From a virus (Duplodnaviria; Caudoviricetes), in IMG/VR virus record IMGVR_UViG_3300037558_001138, positions 1 to 59,313 of that record: DNA of 59,313 nt; one strand, written 5' to 3'. Position numbers and translations under genes: made by a program. Positions 47,301 to 56,300 of this stretch are shown here, piece after piece (the stretch's first letter is position 1; the number at the start of each line of letters is the position of its first letter). The notes under the pieces were generated by a model. That model did no database searches. It was given only the letters and a program-made list of their open reading frames with translations, and was not told the origin of the DNA.

Positions 47301-50300
47301 GATCAGGTTCTTTTGAAGCGCCTCCTGGTTCAGACGTAGGTCCGGATACTGCGGGATTTGGGTTTCCTGACCCAACTCCAGGTAATGTGGGCGTTCCAAA
47401 AGGCGTTCCAGGTAATATGGGACTTGGAGAGCAAGGCACTGTAGCAGCTCCAACTGAGGTTCCTACAACAGAGCCTGCGCAACAACCTGCACGATCGGGT
47501 GTTGGCGAGGTATCTTTTCAATTTACCAACGCTAACAATAGCACTGAATCCAATGGCAAAAGCCCATTAAATGAGAAGTACTTAGCAGGGTTGAAGAAAG
47601 TAATTTCTGGGCTACCTGTAGGGACTGCTCTTGTAGCTTCACAAAATCCAGATGGTAAATTTAGCATTACTGCGGACGGCGTGCTTTTAGCAGAAGTTAA
47701 AACTTTGCCTACTGCAATTAGGAATCTCTTGAAAACAGAGTCTTCTGTGCAGCTGGTTACTACTTCAGAAGTAGGGCGCAAGTTCGTTGGCGGAGAGGCT
47801 GTAAATGAAATTATAGACGGGGAACTTGTTTCGGCAACCCGAAAGAAAGGACAACCAGCTGTAGAAAGTAGAGTTAACAAAGTTCTACCAAACGGTGCTC
47901 AGGATATTAAAGGCATGAATATTATGCCTAATACACACCATGAGTTATTAGACGTGGCAGGTGTAGACCCTATGGGTAATGTGCAGAAGGTTACTCCGGA
48001 TGCTCGATTTGCGGGAAACCTCTTAGTGTCAACTGTAGATTCTGCAAGCAAGCAGGAAGCTTGGCATTCAGTTCAGCTGGATGCTATGGGGTCAAAACGT
48101 GCTAATCAAATAGTAGACTTAATTGATGCTTTCAATCAGTTTGCGGTTAGCAGAGATGCCATGACTCCAGAACAGGTGCAGCTTCTTAAGACATTTGCAG
48201 ATGCTGCTGATATTAATTTAGATAAGCCTACTTCAGAAGTAGCAAAGCGTATGCGAGGCGAGTTGCGTAGTATGTTAGGAGTCCCCTATGTAAGTAATCA
48301 ACGCAAGAAGTTAAAAAAGTCCATTAGCAATCCTAGTGCTCGTAGGCCTTTGCTTGCAATAGAACCGTTAGGCAAAAAGCAAGAGGGTATCCAACTCATG
48401 AGTTTGCATATGGGAGAAGAGAACCATTCCCACGATAAAGCAGGCAACCGTGTTAGTGCTGGTTCTAAGATTGCTGCCATCCACTTAGCCTCGCACCGAT
48501 TAAATGCTTCGACGCAGGGTAACGTACTAGTTGCAGATGGGGATGGCAATTTTGAGGCTGTAGAGATGCGTGACATGGTAGACCGTTTTGGTAGCTTTTC
48601 CTACCGCATGCCCTTTGTAGTAGATGGTAAAATTTATAATACTCAGTTCTCTACTGTAGAGGTAGGTCTAGAGCCTATGGTTCCGGTTCCTACTGACCCT
48701 CGTACAGATAGGGCAGAAGTAGAAGCTCCAACTGCTGATCCAGCTCTTTTTATCGATTTAGATACTCTGCCTACAGACCTATCAAACTTTACTTTAGATA
48801 CAGATGATTATTTACCTTCTTCCTCACAGGATGCTGCTTCTACAGATCCTATGGAACGAGCAGGGGCTTTGTATGAAGTTCCTGGGCTAACATCGCGCCA
48901 GCTAAAAGATGGGTTAAATTTTAGTACTGGGGTAATGGCTCGTGCTTTCTCAACGCACCTGCGTACAAAAAACCGTTACAAGCCTGTATCGCCAGACTAC
49001 TTACGCCGTACGGTAAAGGGGTACTTAGAAGCGCAACTTGCTCATTATAAATCTTTGAAGCAAGAAGGTCCGGTTGTACAGATTGTTGAGGCTCATGAAG
49101 CCTATCTCAGTGATAAGAACTTTAATCCGTTGATGGATTTAGCTATGGTTTCGTTACTGAACCAGGCAGAGGGTAGTGTGCGGTTACGGGGCAAAGGCGG
49201 CTTGGAGGAAGCTTTAAAAAATATTGGTAGTTCAGATCCGTCTGCAGCAGAATTAGATGAGGCTAGTCAAGCAGAAAGGGAGTCGAACCCTATGGCTGCA
49301 TTTGATGAGAATTTTGCTTTTGGAGTGGACCCTAATAGCACTTTGCGTTTAGAGTCAAAGCTCTTACTTATGGGGTTAGTAGATAAATATGGTGTTAGCG
49401 CAAACTCTTTGGGACTTGCAGGTCAGAAGTTTATCAACTCAAAAGATTTACAGTCTAAACTAAGTTCTGTTCTTGCAGGTGTTGACCCTAGCTATGATAA
49501 AGTTAAAGAACGTTTAGAAGAGTATGTAGCTACTTTTCCCCAGTTCCAATCTGTTTTAGATACTCTAAGCGATCAGTATGCGTTAAGTAGTTTACCTCCG
49601 GGTTTAAAAGCAAACTCTACTGCTAAAGAGTACGCTAAAATTCAAAAGCGTGCCTTGTCTGTCCAAGACATGATACGCAATCAGTTTGTTGTCTTTGCAT
49701 CAAAAGAGTCAACAACGTTTGATAGCGCTACTATCGTTAAGGCAAAAGCCCAGAATGACCCTAATGGTACACCTGCTGAGATTAAAATTTGGAATAGCAA
49801 CTCTCGTAATATGCGGGAGCATGTAGGTAATGACATGCGTTCTACATTAATAGAACGAGGGTTTTTTGACTTAGAGGGAAAACCAGTAAAATCTAAGTTT
49901 AAGGCTGCTTATGATCAGCTTATTAAAATTTCTGAATTGCCTAAGCCAGATCAAGCTAAGGCTTTAGCTGCTGTGCTTAAAAAAGAATTTGGCATTGCTG
50001 TTCCAGTAGTTGCTTTAACGAGCGCAAACCTGACAAAGACTAAAAAGGGCGCCCCTGTATTTAAAGGCATTGAGAAAAGTTTAAATAATCCTAAGAGTCA
50101 GGCAGGAGTATTTGGGCGCTTTAGAAATGCTTTGGGAGTACTGTCAAAGAAAGACCTTCCTTTAGAAGATATGATCAGTGATACTGATGGATATGGCAAA
50201 GATTTGATTAATTTCTTTGTAGGGCTAGCAGACTATAGAGAAAACTTTATTCAAAATAGTAGCAAGGATGGTGACAATAAAGTTCGGTACCAGTTTAGTG

Positions 50301-53300
50301 CCCCTAAACTAATTCATCAAATCCTGCGTGATATAAAAGCTGGAGCTGTACAAGACCCTTTAAGCGTTTTGCTTGGTAAGCGGTTTGCTCAGCTAAGTCA
50401 AGAAAACCAGCGGCTGATTGGTTTAACTTATCTCAGCGGCATTAAACAGGATAAAGGCAGAGAACGCAACTTCCACGCAATGCAGGTGGGAGATAACATT
50501 ATGGCTCAGCTTGCTTTTTACGGCAATCGAAATACTTTCACTCAAAAGAACTCTCGCGGTGAAGTAGTTATGGTGTCGAAGTTTTTGATGCCAACACTAG
50601 CAGATAAACAAACAATGCCTATTCTGCAGGCGCCTGCTATGAGCGCAAAACAAGCAGGTATTGTTTTAAATGAGTCTGTGAAAGACAAGGCATGGGAGTC
50701 GCTTAAGTTCAAGGATGTAGTACCCAATGTAAAGGGAGCATATCAAGGAACTTTGAAAGATAGCATTGATCTTGAGGTAGATCGTATTATGAGTATTCAA
50801 TCAGGTAACACTGAGGGAATGACTGCTGCACAACGTGTGGCGGTAGGCTTTGTGATGATGCCCGGTTTAAATGGTTTAGCAGAAGCTTTTGTTGAGGGGA
50901 AGATTAGTCGGGCAGACTTTAGGGATAAAGTTCACAGTAAGGCTGTAGGAATGTTTGAAGAAGCTATGGATGCAGATATCCAGCATATGCTTCGTGAAAC
51001 GAAGGGTACTATTTGGGAGGAAACAACTAAAAGAGATGGCCCTAAAACGATTGGCAAATTAAATCAGTTTAATGCTTCTAAAGGAAGGAGGAATACGCCG
51101 TCAGACTTTGTCAGGATGCATGTTGCTCCTGGTTTAGATTCTGTAAATAAGGGAGGTATGCATAAGGTTGCTTTTGTAGCTTACCTCGCTAAGTATTCTA
51201 TGGATAGCTTAAATGTCCGCACTGGTATCATCATGGATACTATGGGCGATCCGGGGGCCTTTGTAAAAACTGACAAGGACACGGGTAAGATTAAGCAGGC
51301 TAAAACAGCTACTAATTTAGGTAAGCGCTTTGCTTCTCTTATCGCACCAGGTACTTCTATCCCGTTTGTTTCTTTTAACGACCGGAATGGTAATCCAGTA
51401 TCTAATGAAGCGGTGAACTTCTTGGTTATTCCTTCTCGCATAGTATCAAAAGCAACACATTATGACTACCTAGAAAAGATTGGGCAGTCTGCTGATGAGT
51501 TGTCTATGCAAGAGCATTACGATAGTGCAGATGCTGCAGAGTATACAACTGTAGAAGAACACTTAGGTATTCTTTATGCTCAAGGTAAAATTTCAAGCTT
51601 TGAGTTAGAGGGTATCCTAGGTAAGATTGCTAAGGGTAAAAAGCTAGAGAAGGCAGAGCTTGCTTGGTTTCAGCCTATGAAACCTGTAACTACAGCGCGT
51701 GTGGGAAATCACATGTTGTATGTAAAGAGCGCTTCTTTTCCGTTAGTACCCCAATTAACCCAGGGCACAGAGCTAGATAAACTGCGAGTGTTTATGGAAG
51801 GCAACAATGTCCAGCGTGCTGCATACGATAGTGCAGTAAAGTTGGGCAATGAGTGGGCAGATCCAAATGACAAACAAGCTACAGAAGATGAGAAAATGAT
51901 TCCTGTGCATGAAGGTGCTAATGTCGTAATTGATGAAGAGCCTTTACGTATGCGCGTGATTCGTAATGTGAATCGGAAGTATATGCGTATCCAGCAAGAG
52001 GTACCCACAAGCAAGACGAATGAAAAGGTACACGGTTCTCAAGTAGCTAAGCTGCTTCTTGTGGATCTTATTGATGCAAAGTTCGAGTTGAATGGGGAAT
52101 CTTTGACTGGGCGTGATATGCATGGGAAGTACTTGCAAGCACGTAGAGATGAGCAAGATGCTCGCTTGCGGTTATTTTCAGAGCGTTATGGGTTGACTAT
52201 TGATAAGGAAAATAACCTATATCATACCCCAGAATCGAAGCAAAAGTTTGCTGAACGTATTCAAGAAGAAGGCATTAGTAGGGGCTATGGTCCAAATGAA
52301 TTGGCACACCTTTACTTTGACGATAAGCTAAATGCTTTTACAACTCCTTTAGAAGCAGGACCTAGCTCAGAGCGTATTGAGAACCTTATTAAAAGCATTG
52401 TCTTTAGTGAGGTATATGAACCTAGTATTGAAGGCTTTAGCGGCCCTATACGTCCAGAAGTAGGCCTGAAGACGCTTGATGATAAGCTTGTTGACCAAAG
52501 TGATATCATGTGGCTTAAGAAAGGGGGCAAAAAGATTTTCAAGGGTAATAAGCTGAAGGTTGCTAAGAAAGGGCAGCTGGACCAGATCATTATGCCGTGG
52601 AAATACAAGGCATCCCTTGAGAAGTACATGGATGATGACGGTAATATTAATGCAGATGAGTTGCCACCAGAGTTGCTGAAGACTTTCGCCTACCGTATCC
52701 CCGGCCAGCGTAAGAGTTCTTCGGCTGCTTTTGAGATTGTAGGGTTCTTGCCTGCAGAGTATGGAGATACTTTAATTGTAAATGAAGAGTTGGTAGGACG
52801 CGTTGGGCAAGACTATGACATTGATAAAATGTTTGGGTTCTTGTACTCGATTGAGCAGGCAGAAGATGGTATTATTTCTATAAATAGAGGAGACGATACT
52901 ACCAAGAATCGGTTAGCAAAGGCTCGCAATGAGCAGGTTGATATTTATATCGCTTCTATGGAAGCTATCGACATTGCTGTGGAAAGGGCGGTTCATGCTC
53001 CTGTAACCGATGGGTACGCGAATAGTCTTGCGGATCAGATGGACCAGCTTTTGCACGATGATGCTGTTTTAGGATTGCCTATGAGCCAGTCTTATAACTC
53101 TCGTAAAGCAAATGCTGCTCGTAGTGCTAAAAAGTCTATCGGAGTATTTGCTGTTCACAACGTGTTGCATGCGCAGCTTCAGCAATCGTTAGCTGCGAGT
53201 CGCAATGGTGGGATAGAGTATATGCCAGAGGGCTTCGTTACTATTTTATCAAAGCCAGGGGCAGAAAAACCTACAGAGAATACCAATTTCGGGGATATGG

Positions 53301-56300
53301 GTATCCATGATACTTCTTTTATCCTAGATTATAAGAATACACCAGTCGCAGGGAACCGAAGTGATCAGTTTAGCCGTCTTCTAAATCATGCGGTAGACAA
53401 TGAAAACAACGGGTTACTAGACAAGCTAGGTATTACAGAAGATACTTGGTCATTGTGGACAGGTTTAACTCATATGGGCTACAACCAAGAAACAATTGGT
53501 CTTCTTGTAGCCATGCCTGCTGTTCAAGAGTACTTGACTGCTAAGTCACGTAGCCGTCGTTTAGGGGATTCTAAAGAACTAGAAGTAGGAATTTTTATTG
53601 ACCAATATGCCAGACAGCTTGTAGATAGTAAGACTGGTAAGGTAGACTTAGAAAGTATGCCAGCTTTAGACAAAGAGTCTATGCTGGGAATGGCTCAAGG
53701 CGTTTCAGAACTATCTGAAAAAGAGCAATCTATGATGAATTTCCAAGCGTTATTAGCAGTAGACAAGCTTGAAAATCTTAGGAAAGATGTGGCAAAAGTA
53801 CAGAACCATATGCAGCTCGATACTAAGCGTCCAAAAACAATGGTTGCTTTACAGGTAGCTATTGCTAAAATGGAAATGCCTAATAAAACTGAGTCTAATG
53901 GAAATGTGCTGCCTCTGGATGAGGCTATTGGAGCAACAGGTGCGACGGTTAGCGGTCAAGTTTCTGGATTAGTTGCAAATACTGCAATGACTTTGATGAA
54001 TCTGCAGCAAAACATGCTTCCTATGTCGGATGTCATGCAGCTGGTAAAGGACTTCCAAAAAGCAGAGTTATACGATAGCGTTGAGAATAGTATTACCACA
54101 CTTGTAAAGGGGGCAAAAAGTGCTACTTATGCGCTGTTTACTGAAAAGATTTCAGGTAAGACCAGCGAAGAGATTCGTTCTGAAGCTCATGACATTGATA
54201 CAGGCGGCATAGCTACGCGTTTGATTAAAGCTCGTCAGAATAAAGCTGTAGCGAATAACCCCTTTATTAAACAGCTGGTAGCTGTAAATGCGCCTAATAC
54301 TTATCCGCACATAGAATTTCCTGGGGATAGGCAATTGGAGTCAGATCCAATTGAATTACAACGAGCGTTTTTAGATTTACTACGCAGCTCTGATCCGGAA
54401 GTCAAAGCTTTTGCAGAGTATCTAGTATCGTATGCATTAGCTACTAGCGGAGGTCGTTTAAAGGCAAGAGGGTATTTGAAGTATGTACCTGCTGAATACT
54501 TACAGTCAAAAGGTTTAGGAGATACGGTAAATACTGGGGCAATATCAGAAGTCCTTAACAATCCTTCTAAGATTACTGAGATTGTACGCCATAACTCTGA
54601 GTTAGCTCCAAGATTCAATAAATTTTCAGAAGCTGGAATTAAACTAATACAAGGAGTTCCCCATCAACGTGTAGGCAGTGCTTCTTTTAAAGGACATGTA
54701 CGCGTGGGTAATAAGTTATACGCTCCTACAGAAGACCTGCCGGGCCGTGACTTAGATGGTGTAATGGTCCAACAGTTAAAAGTTGTAACTGAGCTAGGGG
54801 ACTATTTAACGGATGAGTACTCTACTCGTTCTCAGCCTAGTGACAAGCTTCCAACTGCGAAACGACCCAAAGGCCCTTCTTTGTCAGAAAGTCCAAATAT
54901 GCCGGTGCAGTACTACGACTCAATTACTGATGCTGTACCGCCAGAAATGGGCAGTTTTCCTGAAGGTGTGACAGGTCCCCCAGCTAATATGGGCTTAGAG
55001 GGGCCTAAGAAAAAAGTGAATGATGAAGTCGTACGATCTGATAACCCAAATAAAATGCCTATGGGCATTAAAGAGTTTTTGGCTATTTCAGAGTTACGTA
55101 ATAACCCTTTCTTACAAGAGTTAGCCAGAACACAGGAAGCGCTGTCTCCTGAAGATCGCGTCACTGTTGTTGTAAGCGACGATTTGCCAGGTAAGGGTAA
55201 GTACAATGCGGGAACAAACACGGTAACTCTGCGCCGTGATATGATAAACGATTCTCGGGCTGTAACGCATGAAATGATTCATGCCTTTACTAGTTTATCT
55301 ATTAAGGTTGTTCAAGGGCAAGCTAAAATTTCTGATCCTAAGAAGAAGGCAGAAATGGAGGCGGCAGTAAACGAGTTGAAGAAACTCTTTAAAATTGTAC
55401 GTAGCCCAGAGTCCATTGCAAAAATGGGGTTGAGCTTTGCAGGTCAGCAACAGGCAATGAGAGGCTATAGAGCTTTCCGTTCTCAAAGAGACGGTAAGAC
55501 TTTAAGTGCCGAAGAGTTGTTGGACGTAGAGTTCTTCAAAGAAAACTTAGATGATTACTACGCTTTTGTAAGCTTAGAGGAGTTTGTAGCAGAGTCGTTT
55601 TCTAACAAAGCTTTTGCTGAAAGAATGTCTAAGCTGTCGTTGAACCGTAATGAAACTTTCATTGACAGGTTTATTGCAGCTGTAAATAAAGCTTTGATGG
55701 CTTTAGGCGTAAACTTTGGTAAAGACACTGAGTTCTTAAGAGAAGTGTATACTGTAAGCATGGGCATAGTAGACATTCAAACAGGCGGTCAGATTGGTTT
55801 GATACCTGGTCAGGATATACCGTCAAGCGATTTGATTGATGGTGTAGCAGCTGCAGACGTTGCCGGACAGAATCTGAGAGGGGTAGATCAGATGCAGGCA
55901 TACAAGGAAAAGCGTATTAGACAGTTTGAGGAATTGAAGAGTCGCTACAATGGTAACAGGGAGTTTGTACGTAGAGTAGAGGCTAGGCTAGTGCAAGAGC
56001 GCAAGGACTTACAAGCGCTTACTGATGATAGTGTAGAGGTAACGCCCGACTATATGCTGTCTGTAGGTCAAAGAGAGCTAGACTTTGCACGTCGCACTAT
56101 TGAGAATGTCGACTCTACTGACCCGCAGATTGACATGGCATTAAGTGCCTTAGAGAATATCTATAGTGTGGTCGAGTTCTACGATAAGAGTAGGGATATA
56201 TTAAGAGACCCTGCGCTGGTGGATGTGGCTACTGCTTTACGTAAAGAAGCATCGGAGTTAAAAGATAACTACTTGGATAAAGCCCGCGATATCTTACGAC

